A stretch of 64,000 nt of DNA from positions 6,872,047 to 6,936,046 of the forward strand of contig CM082591.2 of assembly GCA_040954595.2 (NCBI GenBank), written 5' to 3'. Position 1 is the stretch's first letter, and the number at the start of each line of letters is the position of its first letter. Below the pieces are notes generated by a model that did not search any database, was not told the DNA's origin, and was given only the letters and a program-made list of their open reading frames with translations. This DNA is from Balanoglossus misakiensis. Taxonomy: Eukaryota; Animalia; Hemichordata. Positions 63,587-64,000 of the stretch are shown here, in pieces. The position numbers were made by a program, and so were the translations under genes.

Positions 63587-64000
63587 TAGTATAATAATAA
63601 TAATAATTTATTTATATAGCGTCAGTATCCACAAAAATTGTGATCAATGGCGCTAAAAGCAAAAATAACACTACAACACATGGCTAAAAAGCAGATTTAA
63701 AAAGTAAAGTTTTAACATTTGATTTAAAAACAGATAAGTCTGGTGCCTGGTGAATGGTGAGTGGAAGATTATTCCAAAGAATTGGAGCAGCAACAGTAAA
63801 AGCATGATCACCATAACTCTTGGTGCATGATCGAACAGGGCAGAGTTTGAACTGATCAGCTGACCTTAAATTGCGACACGGAACATATAGTTTGGTCATG
63901 TTAGAAAGATAGATTGGACCAAGTTTATGAATGGATTTAAAAATGAGAACTAACATCTTAAAAACAATACGCTGTGTAACAGGTAGCCAGTGCAACTGAT
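63587..64000 (-). mobile_element. L2/CR1-type LINE 3' end in an intron of paralog 2
   Basis: LHWLPVTQRIVFKMLVLIFK..YGDHAFTVAAPILWNNLP..FKSNVKTLLF, followed by a CGCTATATAAATAAA(TTA)n tail. Confidence 0.85.

Overview
Eukaryotic, AT-rich, intron-containing animal DNA. The gene families and repeats suggest a marine invertebrate such as a hemichordate or amphioxus, but that is inference. From left to right the window holds: (1) the 3' seven exons of a TTC3/DZIP3/RNF214-type RING-H2 E3 ligase (+, 1-4849); (2) MITEs, a deleted Kolobok element and a LINE; (3) a small spliced His/Pro-rich orphan gene that the ORF track misses (-, 15881 to about 11496); (4) a short 127-bp satellite array; (5) a 9-exon, ~1591-aa gene (-, 33448-24172) combining a GT4-type glycosyltransferase with a triplicated N-terminal subdomain, a TRADD-N-like domain, a repeat coiled coil and an NHL beta-propeller; (6) a frameshifted CPTP/GLTP gene (+); (7) a ~12-kb array of the same 127-bp satellite; (8) a segmental duplicate (53.3-63.5 kb, matching 18.7-27.7 kb) carrying the 3' end of a second GT4-NHL paralog. 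By manual count the two NHL exons differ at about 30 amino acids but only about 3 synonymous codons, and the changes sit on the propeller's ligand-face loops. This points to a tandemly expanding, diversifying sensor-effector (probably innate-immune) family, which is the main candidate novel system. All alignments and counts were done by eye.
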